Origin: Stegostoma tigrinum
Lineage: Eukaryota
Reading direction: 5' to 3'
Assembly: GCF_030684315.1 (NCBI RefSeq)
Contig: NC_081376.1
Span: 11,939,049-12,003,048 of the forward strand
Length of the DNA: 64,000 nucleotides
A program made the position numbers and the translations under genes. The notes below the pieces were generated by a model that searched no databases, had not been told where the DNA came from, and saw only the letters and a list, made by a program, of their open reading frames with translations. Positions 51,201-61,513 of this stretch are shown here, in pieces. Position 1 is the first letter of the stretch. Every line of letters starts with the position of its first letter.

Positions 51201-52839
51201 GCCTCCACTCTCTAGGAACTCTATAATTATTTTACACAAAATGAGGAATGTGTGATGTGAACGGCCTCTGCAATTATTCATTGGTTACTGCTGTTTTTTA
51301 AACATTAATAAAACAAAACACAGGTCAATTTCTCACAATCTCACTGTTCTTATCAAATTTGCCCTTCTGAAACTTTGCCTTAATAATTATACAATACTTT
51401 AAACCAGACTGATCTAGGAATGATTGTGACCTCTAGTTTATCACTGAATTGTATTTTCAACAATGTGCAAGAGAAGATATAAAATTCAACTTACCGGCTC
51501 AGCATTCAAAATAGTCAGAAAGTAACCTAAAAGGAAATATCAGAATAATCTGTTAAAGGAAAGTTCTACAGATCATTTGTTCATCAAAACGTACACACTT
51601 CATATCTCAGTACAACGTCTTATAGCTCATAAACAAACAAGTCAAAGAAGAAGAGAAACTGTTTCAGATCCCTGAACCCAAAACATGAGCAGCTGAATGT
51701 TGATTATCACAGAAGTCATTGTGTGAATCAAACTCCAACTGAAGTAGAGTATTGATGTAAGGAGTTCAGATGAATGAGGGGACAGTCTCATAGAGACTCA
51801 TAAAATTCTAACAGGACTAGGCAGGGTAGATGCAGGGAGGAAGTTCATGATGGTGGGTGTGTCCAGAACCAGGGTCACAGTATGAGGACTTGGGATAGAC
51901 AATTTAGGATAGAGGTAAAGGGACAATTCTTCACCCAAACAATGGTGAGCCTATGGAATTCATTATCACAGGAAGTAATTGATACCAAAACATTGAGTGT
52001 GTTCAAGAGGTGACTAGACATAGCACTTGGGGCAAATGGGATCAAAGTTTATGGAGAGAAAGCAGGATTAGGCTATCAAGTTGAATGATCAGCCATGATC
52101 ATGAAGAATGGCGGAGCAGACTCAAAGGGCTGAATGGCCTCCACCTGCTCCTATTTTCTATGTTTTTATGTATGATTTGTTTGATTATGGTTCGAAACAA
52201 TTCTTATCAGGTTACACATGACAATAAATCATATCAAAATATACCTGCCACTGTATGGAGCAGTCCCATTGCAATACCCACAGTGAATCATTACAGTATG
52301 AAGCTATTAAAAAGCAACAGAATGCTTCAACAATATGCTATACAATTAGATGAATAGTGCTACTTCTTATTTAACACATTCTTCCTCAGAAATCTTCTAT
52401 TGTGAGACATTAAGAGATTAGTGAGAGAATCCTGCACCAATTAGCACTCCAATATATACAGAAGATCTATGAAATAGAATTCCAGAAGTTAAATTGCTCA
52501 GAAGATAGACCTGAATTCTGATTAGAGGTTTTTGTTAGCAGTACTGAATTCAAAGTGCAAGACTTCTTCAGCCAGCTGAATACAAAATATAATTCAAACA
52601 CATTGAGTAACAGGCCATTTCATCTGCAGCTGACTACACAGTTAAGGACATCTGCTCTGTGAAGCCAACGTAGTCCAAAAATGCATTGATTTTATTTCCC
52701 TGGCTTTTCACACTTGTGACCTGACTTAGGCCACAGATAGGTTCTGGAGTTGAACAATAGCAATTAACAGCATTAACCTACCAATGACAATGAGCGTTAC
52801 AAACTTCATTGGAGGGGTGCAATTGGACACTGCCATCAT
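45144..52839 (-). CDS. msln: Mesothelin-like GPI-anchored protein, copy B (10 coding exons, 375 aa, no MPF domain)
   Basis: Coding exons on the minus strand: 52782-52839, 51495-51526, 50703-50772, 49784-49965, 48904-49050, 47528-47661, 47179-47312, 46888-46982, 45559-45745, 45144-45232. Exons 2-10 have the same lengths as in copy A (32, 70, 182, 147, 134, 134, 95, 187, 89), all GT-AG; 1128 nt open. Confidence 0.9.
45559..45745 (-). CDS. Copy B penultimate exon (KLTAENIRD...NLSISP)
   Basis: 187 nt, in ORF 45494..46021. Confidence 0.93.
46100..46452 (-). mobile_element. HE1-type V-SINE in copy B intron (orthologous partial copy at 10900-11080 in copy A)
   Basis: GGTGGCTCAGTGGTTAGCACTGCTGCCTCAC head on minus strand; V-domain present. 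Confidence 0.8.
46888..46982 (-). CDS. Copy B exon (GAQVSDLQSLAVGNINMDFETFSRLNPVEVE)
   Basis: 95 nt, AG/GT. Confidence 0.92.
47179..47312 (-). CDS. Copy B exon (KAKPLNISTC...)
   Basis: 134 nt, appears identical to copy A 11626-11759. Confidence 0.92.
47528..47661 (-). CDS. Copy B exon (TKAIIANYL...)
   Basis: 134 nt, AG/GT. Confidence 0.92.
48904..49050 (-). CDS. Copy B exon (LYTSGLPEE...SPNLNT)
   Basis: 147 nt, in ORF 48871..49098. Confidence 0.92.
49784..49965 (-). CDS. Copy B exon (DCTEG...KLDG)
   Basis: 182 nt, in ORF 49748..49975. Confidence 0.92.
50703..50772 (-). CDS. Copy B pro-piece/furin exon (ALGEKGSQGLRQILLRRRVKRAT)
   Basis: ccacag|...|gtgagt; RVKR furin consensus. Confidence 0.82.
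50870..51215 (+). mobile_element. HE1-type V-SINE
   Basis: GTGACTCAGTGGTTAG head and CCAAAGATGTGCAGGTTAGG core. Confidence 0.75.
51495..51526 (-). CDS. Copy B 32-nt exon (GYFLTILNAEP)
   Basis: ccttttag|...|gtaagt. Confidence 0.78.
51765..52170 (+). mobile_element. Decayed CR1 3' fragment
   Basis: Similar to 19400-19970; ends TTCTATG. Confidence 0.7.
52782..52839 (-). CDS. Copy B first coding exon (MMAVSNCTPPMKFVTLIVI); whole exon 52782-52888
   Basis: ctttttacag acceptor, ATG ATG, donor gtaggt. Confidence 0.75.
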
Positions 52840-53589
52840 ATCTGGTCAACTGTGAAACTTTTTAAGACCAGAAACAAGTTGGACTTTCCTGTAAAAAGGG
52901 AATAAAGGTCACGATTAGCATATGTATGGTGATGTAGCAACGTCCACATTTTCCACAGGCAGAGATAAAGCATGGCCGAAGAGAAACTAGTGGACCCCAA
53001 GCTTGAATGTTTGCTATACTATCTGTTTCCTTTAAGTACAGTTGTTGAGTTATCACATGGCATTGAGGAAAGGTGCTGTCAGTGCTGAGCTCCCACACTG
53101 TATTGGAAAAAGGTACAGTTGGTAGTGCAATCACACATTACTTCCAGTTTTGTTGATATTACCTATAATTTGCAATTTGAAATGTTTTTCAGCCTCTGGT
53201 CGCATACTGGATGTGGATTTTTTTCTAATTTGGAAGACCTTTACAAGTTGAATTTGTTTGCAAATCTTATAACGTTCAATTGCAGTAATCATGTTTAGAA
53301 AATATTATAAATAAGGTATGTTTTTGGAAAAAGATACCTTGCCTCCTTATTGAATAATTTTTATACACAAACTGAGTCGGAAGCCTCTGAATTCTCTGAC
53401 TTAAAAGGAGGTTTCTCAATCGGATCCAGAAGCAAGGGAATTAGACAGCGTAAGTTCCAATTTCCTGGTAAAATCCCACAGAGTCAACTGCATTGGGAAT
53501 TCTGTGTGGTTCCACCCTGCAAGTCCAGCCTATATTGCTGCAAGTTTTCTAATCGTTGGAGGTTTGTGGGCCTTAATGATCAATTAAGG

Positions 53590-53920
53590 GGAAGTCATAG
53601 CATAGTGGTATAATCACTAAACTCTTAGGTCAGGTATTGTTTCAGGGACCTAGGTTTGAAACCTGCAGTGGCAGATTGTGAAATTTGAATTCAAATTTGG
53701 GAAGAACAAAAAAATCTGGTGTTCAAAGTCTATGCTGACCACAAAACCATTGTGGGAAAACCCACCCAGTTCCAGAGAAGGACACAACCTCCCTTAGTTG
53801 GTCTGACCTATACGTGCCTCCAGTCTCACAGCAATGTGGATGACTCTTAACTGCCCTCTGGGCAATTAGGGATGGGCAACAAATGCTGGCATGGCCAGTG
53901 ACGCCCATATCCAATGAATA
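53590..53920 (+). mobile_element. tRNA-derived SINE, SacSINE1-like (related copies ~62335-62660 +, 54480-54810 +, 12825-13105 -, 1150-1400 -)
   Basis: Shared GGTTCAA.TCCCACC..GAATTTGAATTC..AAAATCTGG and GCAATTAGGGATGGGCAA tail among copies; family name from recall. Confidence 0.6.
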
Positions 53921-55279
53921 ATCAAAAGAATTTTTCTACTTCCATCACACTCATGAGGTTAAGCTAATTTTAAACAACTGAACCAATCAGTTGGCCTTTA
54001 ATTCAACATTGTTGTTTGACAAGAAGAAACCTGCAAATGCAAGATGAAAATTTAAAATACTACATGAACTGCAGAATAAAGCAGTTGATATTCGTTCAGA
54101 GGTGATCTTAAAATGACTTTTTTTGATTGAAGTTCTGATGCTGAAAGAAGGACAAACTACCTGAAGTAAACTCAGAGCCTTCTGGTACAGCATGTTCTGA
54201 GTCCATAAGTTGTACTGCCTGAAGGAGGTAGAAAGGCAACAAGCTGTGGGCAAACTCCACCACTTGCAAATTCCCTTCCAAGTCACACACTCTCCTGCCT
54301 TGCAGTTCAACTGCTCTGCCTTCAATGGATCAAACTCCTGCAATTCCTTCCTGACCAGTGCACCTATATTACAAGGATTGTGGCAGTTCAAGAAGGTGAT
54401 GAGTCATCACCTCCTCCACAGTAATTCGAGACGGGCAAACCCACAAAGAACAAAAACATCCCATACCAAGGAAATAGCTTTAATATCACAGTGAGGTTAA
54501 TCCTCTGGGGACAATGGGATCAAATCCCATCATGGCAGCTGGTGGAATTTAAATGGAGTTAATAAATCTGGAATTTAAATTTGGTTTCCATAATGGTGAC
54601 CAGAACAGCTTATCATCAAAAACTGGTAAAAACACCATGATCTTGAGGGAAGAAAACCTACCACCTTCATCCAATCTAGTCTGAATGCGTCTCCAGACAC
54701 ATATCAATTTTGTTGACTGTCAGCTGCTCTAGGAAATGGCCCATGAATCCACTCAGACCCAGGGCAGTCAGGGATGTGCCCCAATGTCCCATCACAGAGA
54801 ATAAATGAGATAAAGGTGTCTTTCCCGCTTTATACATTCAGCTCTGGCTGAAATAAGTGCAGGAAAAAAAGGCTGATATCCAGCTCCTGAGCAGATTGTT
54901 CTCTCTGTACTCTGCCAAATAAAATACTGCATGTCCATCCCATACAACAGTCACACTGTAGTCAGACAAGATCAAACTAGGCTAGCTAAAAGATTTCAAT
55001 GTATGAAATTGGTCCACACCAACGTAACAAAATAGACTTGAAATGAATCAAAAATTGATTTTTCACCTTTTTTCACTGGAAAATTCACAAAACAATCATT
55101 CAAATTCTTTTTGGAGACTCATATCCTCATCTTGTCATTGGTTTAACATAGTTTAAATTTAAAAATCCTTGGCCGTACTTTCCAAGTCAATGGGAAATAA
55201 AAACTGTTGCATCAATATCTTAGGCATTGATTCTTTACAAATCGATCAGATTCTGTTGGCGCAGACCAATCTCACTCAC

Positions 55280-55580
55280 CCACAGTCTAGATCCGCAGTC
55301 ATAGTAAAGCTTGCATTAAACTGAAATAATATTACACAGCAACAATCAATGTAAAATAAAAACCTTTCAAGTTATCTTGAAACATTTTCTCCAAGTAAAT
55401 TCTTATCCTTCACATCCAAGATTATCCATCTTAAATAAAAGCTATACCTTGAAAATGTGTCTTCTGTCTTTTGTGAAAACTGCTGAGCACTGCACTGAAT
55501 GAATGAACAAGCCTCTGGGATTTTATAGCTGCAGCCATCCTCTTAAGGCTATTCTTCTCATGAAAAGTCTGGGTGTGGTT
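55280..55580 (-). promoter_or_regulatory. Putative TATA promoter and 5' UTR exons of copy B (exon ~55448-55497; candidate exon 55280-55320)
   Basis: TATAAAA at 55521-55527, donor AAG|gtatag at 55448; tttcag|...G|gtgagt at 55280-55320; GGGTGTGGTT (KLF/RUNX-like) at 55571-55580. Confidence 0.45.
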
Positions 55581-57163
55581 CTTACGTCTTTTAAGAACAT
55601 TACCTGCTTTCAAAAGTGTTCATGTACATAAATGATGCAAACAACACCATCTGAAAGGGTGGTTTTAGCATCCACAGAACAACAGCTCTAATAACTTAAT
55701 TCAGTTAACGTAAACTGACATTCTCCACATTCAGTTCTCTGCCGTCATTATTTTGTTACTGCTCTCCCCTCCAGTTCCCATGACAAAAAGCACATACCTC
55801 ATGCCCAGGTGTCATGTTAAGATGCAGCTGGCCTTCAACCAGAACATACCAGAAAATACTCACCATTTACTCAAACTTTTCCAAGAACATAGAGTTATAT
55901 CGCGTCAACAACACAGAAATGGTGCAGAGATAATGGGAACTGCAGATGCTGGAGAATCCGAGATAACAAAGTGTGGAGCTGGATGAACACAGCAGGCCAA
56001 GCAGCGTCTCAGGAGCACAAAAGCTGACGTTTCTGGCCTTAACTTAAATTACTTTCACAGTTTTGGGGTTCGGTGATAATAATTCTCCCCCAATCTGAGA
56101 CAAAGAGATTTCACTAAATCTGTAGTCTTCCACTTCAAGTGTTAGGAAAATATTACTTTAAAAATTTATGGAAGAGCAACACAAATATTTTACTATAACA
56201 ATATTGGGATTTAAGAATTTATTTCTCTATTGGAAAAAGATTGTGTGTTCTATACTCTGAGATCTATTAATGTTGCAATTGATTGCACCAGCAACTGCAA
56301 ATAGCATGTTCAGTCTTTAATGAGCTTCCCTATTCATTAGAACTTACATTATCTCAATCTTCTGTACTGCGAAGACACAAACAGATCTCTGAGTGCTCAA
56401 TGGAGGGAGGTACATTACTGAGAAGAAATTCTCAAACCATAGTAATAAGAAAGTTTTTGTAATCTGTCTGAAGCTCATTGAAAAGACTACCTCCAGGAGA
56501 TAAGGTGTAGAGCTGGATGAACACATCAGGCCAAGCAGCATCGGAGGAGCAGGAAAGCAGCTTTCCTGCTCCTCTGATGCTGCTGGGCCTGCTGAGTTCA
56601 TCCAGCTCTATACCTTGTTATCTCAGATTCCACAGCATCAGCAGTTCCTACAGCCTAGAGGAGAGTAATTTTTGCAGCTTGCCCCATTCGTCTGGGGAGA
56701 GATAGATGAGACCTTTAGATTCACTCAGTTTCTTCAGGATCTGTCTTTCTTAAGGTTAAATTGAGACCGATCATCTACAATGTGCACCTGATTATTAGGA
56801 TGATTCCAAAAAGGGCTGAGACTGTAATCCATCACATGTATTTGAAAGCACTCTGACACATCAGTGATGCTTATATGTCATCTAAAGGGCTGGTTCATGT
56901 TTTGAAGCTGTTTCTTATATTCAATGTCCAACATAGGGACACATCAAATCAATTCAAAGAATGTAAACATACATTCTCCACATTCTCTAGTCACCCTTAC
57001 TTTTATAACCACTCTCCTCTTTATGCATCAGGTTAAACAGCTGATTCTCTAACAGATAAACAAGAACATGTAAGAAAACATTCATCAGTTCCTCAACTGA
57101 TTTACTTTACTTCTATCAAATTGAGTCACACTGAATGAACAGCACAGAAACATGCCATTCTGA

Positions 57164-57388
57164 ATAAAATCCTAAAGATCTGCAGATGTTTGTGGTCAAA
57201 AAGGAAAACAGAAATTACTGCAAATGCTCAGCAGGTCTGGCAGCTTCTGTGGAGAGAGTTAACGTTTCAGATTTAATGACTGTACTTCAGTTCTAAGGAA
57301 GGGTCACTGGACCCAAAGCGTGAACTCTGATTTCTCTCCAAAAATGCTACCAGGCCTGCTGAGTCTTTTCAGCAATTTCTGTTTTTGT
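57164..57388. mobile_element. Short Penelope-derived fold-back element with 15-bp TSD
   Basis: AACATGCCA(T/C)TCTGA at 57149-57163 and 57389-57403. Confidence 0.75.
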
Positions 57389-60300
57389 AACATGCCACTC
57401 TGACAAGATATCATGCCAACATTTGTGTTCTACATACTCCTTGGCCCACAATGATGTCAATGGAATCCCTTCTGTTGTCTTGGAAACCCCTACAGAGTTC
57501 CACCCAAAATATTTATTTTCTAAAGGCTAGGATCGCAGAATTTTCCGTCATTGAGCTAGGAACTTAATTAATTTACGTCAAAACATAATATAATTATGCT
57601 GATCTGCACTACTTCAATTTTAGGATTCTTGCTGGGGACATTAAGGCTAAAACTCATATGCTAGATTTTATTGGGACTTTATTTAGTAAATCCAACGCGA
57701 GGATAACTTTCTTGGAATTTTAATTCAAAACCTTCAACATGAGAGATTACAGTGCTCTTTGTGCTCTAGAAGCTATCCCAATGCAGCAATGCTTATTGTG
57801 TGGATGAATGTATCAGGTCATGAACTGACTAACATTAGCCCCTATCACTCAGCCATCTTGGTAATTGTGAATGATAATCTTAAGGCACGTTTTTATATGT
57901 TCTTTTGCCCCCACAGATCCTACAAATGAATCTTGGACACTGAGTTGCTCTATGCACTCAATGTACAAAACAACATGAGACAACTTTCAATAAAGAAGAT
58001 CTATATCATGTTTATGGCAATTAAGCATTGAAACAGCTCAAACTTGTAGCATCTAGCCTGAGAAGATGATTTTGATTTAGACCTTTGTTATGAAAGGTTA
58101 GTGCCTAATTCACTCTGGTATTTCCTTCCAGTACAGTATGTCTGACATTTATGCTCCATACCTGAATGTAAACAATTTCCATGAACAAGGAGAGGTCTTT
58201 TGTAATAGGGAATTTGGAAATATTTCATGTAATGAGGGAAATAGAGGAGTTAAGTTAATAGAGTTAAATGTCTTGGTGCCATTCCTACAGCATAATACCT
58301 ATGAATCTCAATGGCCAGTAAGTGATTGCAGAAGCTTCAATTTATTTGTATGGAAAATTATGTGGAATACCCTGCACAGAAACAGATCATCCAGTTTAAT
58401 TTGGTTCCTGCCATTATGAATGTTCCGCCATCTTTCAGCTCTTTCTTGTCTAACTGTATCGGAACAACATCCAATCCCCAACTCTGTATAACGATTATCC
58501 AGCATTCCCTCAAATCCATCTACACAATTCACCTCATCCTCTCCGCAGAAGTGAATTTCACATTCTCCCCACTTTTGTTTCAAATGTGCTGCTTGCTTTA
58601 TCTGATCTTGATGATCCCTGGTTTTGCTCTTCCCCAAAAAATCTCCTTGGACCTGTTTTGAACTTTATGCAGCTGGGTTTTGGCCACATTAAAATCTTGG
58701 AATTTATCTCTGAACTATTAAAAGCTTTAACAATTTTAAATAGGTCATCTCACAGCCTTCTCTTTTCAAGAGAGAAAATCCAACCAATTCTTCCTCTCCA
58801 GGTAGACACAGCCTTACACTTTTGGTATCATCTTTTACATCAATTTACATCCTCTCCATCGCCTCTATTTTGTTTTTATAATATGGTGACTGTACATACT
58901 ACTCCAAGTTTGGTCTAAAGTGGGATGTATGTTAATGATTCTATCCCTCTAGAAATAAATCCTAGTTCTTGGAATGTTTTCTGTAATGACCTTATTCAGT
59001 CATGCAGTCAGTGACTCATGTATTTGCACTTCCTGCATCTACTGTTACACCACTTCAGTTTAGAATCTTATTTACTAAGAGTTATGTGCCAGTTTTATTT
59101 TACTTAAAATTTAACACTTCACACTTGGCTAATTAATTTATCAATAATATGCATATTTCTCAAGTTGATTGGAAACTAACTTTATCACTGCAAGAAACAT
59201 CTTCCTCTCCCGTTCAAAGTTCACTGCAAAATCATATTGAAGGCTATTGTCATTTAAAGTTTATGGTTCTGAAATTGTAGCACAGGATTCAATGCTAAAA
59301 CGCAAGTTGAACAAAAGAATTTAATAAATCAATTAATTTGTATGTTGTGATCAGAAAAAAATAACTGTGGCTATATAAAACCCTTTAGTTTGTCAAACTC
59401 CTTTAAAAATGGAGACTTATCATCCTTACACTGACTGTGAGACTATCAAAATGCACAATTTCCCCTGGTGTGGTCAGATATATGAATAATTTTTATTTAA
59501 AAGTTAACATCTCCTCAAATAATAAACATAATCTGGACATACTACTTACATCCTGAAAGAAATGCATTTCTCAGAAATGCGAGTTATTCTTGTTTATCAT
59601 AGTCATATAACAGAGAACAGAATTTAGCATTCTCATCTCAAAGCTAACTTGGTCCACATTGCATATCTCCTATCGTCAGGCTAAATAAACTCATCTACAA
59701 TTCATTTGCACTTTTTATTGAAAATATAAATATAATTTTTGCAACACAATAAGGCAAACAGAACAAGATCAACCAATAGATACATCTTAAAATAAATACA
59801 TTCAGAAGCTTGAAACTAGTATACTAAATTATGTAACCATCTAATAACAGCAGCACTGAGTACTGTTTAACATTGAGAATATGCAAGTAATCTGAATGCT
59901 TAAATTTAATATACACTGTTGCATCATCACTTCGGTTCCACTGAGATGAGAAAAATTAGCATGGACATTCAAGTCAGTACTGCTAACCGCTTCAAGATCC
60001 AAGACCCTAGAGACATCAACGACACTGGAAAAAGCACAAAATTATGAGGAGGATCCTCATATGTTTATTGTAAGTAAGATTCTTACTTAAAAAAAGACGT
60101 AAGCATCATCTCTACAAAACAGTGACAACTGGTGGATCGGAAATGGGGAAAAAAACTGACAAGTCCGGGCTGTGATTTTCAAAATATCCAGTGCGCAATT
60201 CTTACCCAAAAACGCTTTTAGCTCATGCATGTGAATTTTACTCAGTCAATGGCTGCATCCAAAAATCAATCTCATTACCAGCTCCCTGTTAAAACAGCAG

Positions 60301-60564
60301 TTTAAGTCACTAACAGTGCTCATTGAAAGGAAATTAGACTTTATTCACATCTTCATTCTGCAGAAAGTTGGTGATATAAAAATTAAGAAAAGTTGTGGAG
60401 CAAAAACAAAATCATTTACTGACAGCTATTGGACGGCAACATTCAGAGGACAATGCAATGTTGACTCTAAATTATGATGTTCAACATTTCGTCAGCATAA
60501 AGTCAATCCAAAGTGGTTTGTTGTAAGTTGATTTCAGTCTGCACATGCTAAACTTGTTACAGAT

Positions 60565-61439
60565 ATAACACAGTATGGAGCTGGAGGAGCACAGCGGGCC
60601 AGGCAACATCAGAGGAACAGGAAAGCTGACATTTTGGATCGGACCCTTCTTCTAAAATTGGGGAGGGGGAAGAGAGCTCTGAAATAGATAGAAATGGTCA
60701 ATCTTAAAGAAGGTGTAACAAGTTCAGAAATAGTAAGAACTGCCGATGCTGGAGTCAGAGGTAATGCAGTGTGGAGCTGGAGGAGCACAGCAAGCCAGGC
60801 AGCATCAGAGGAGCAGGGAAGCTGATGTTTCGAGTCAGAGGGGAAGGGTGCTGTGAAATAAATAGAGGCGTGGGGCTGAAGAAGGTAGGTGGGATGGTAA
60901 AAGTTGAGTGCACGTAGGCAGTGGTGGGGATTGGTCAGTGAGATGGGAGGAACAGATAGGTGGGACAGAAGATGGACAGGTTGCGTCAGGTCAAGGAGGC
61001 GGGGATGACAGAGAGGGTTGGTCAAGGGATGAGGCCAGGTGTGGGGAGATTTTGAAGCTAGTAAAGTCCACATTGAGACCACTGGGATGTAGACTCCCAA
61101 GGCAGTTAATTCCACCCTGGGAGCCTACAACCCAATGGTCTCAATATGATACCTCCTTGGGAGCCTATAACCCAATGGTTGTACCCCTCCAGTTTCAAAA
61201 TCTCCCCACCCCACCTGCACTCACCTATCACCATTCCACCTACTTCCCTAGCCCCAACCCTCCTCTCTCTATTTATTTCACAGCACCCTTCCCCTCTGAC
61301 TCGAAACATCAGCTTTCTTACTCTCTGATGCTGCCTGGCCTGCTGTGCTCTTCCAGCTCCAGACTGCATGACCTCTGACTCCAGCATCGGCAGTTCTTAC
61401 TATTTCTGAACTTGTTACACCTTCTTTAAAGATTGACCA
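60565..61439. mobile_element. Penelope-derived inverted composite
   Basis: Similar to the 35020-35735 element (LGAYNP / FKISP segments, CAGCATC..GGAGCA tails); 60695 onward is the reverse complement of the stretch ending 61439. Confidence 0.75.
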
Positions 61440-61513
61440 CTTCTTCTTAACACCAGAACCTCTGACTCATACTACACTTTATAGCAGAAGGCACAGACGG
61501 GCTGAATCCTAAC

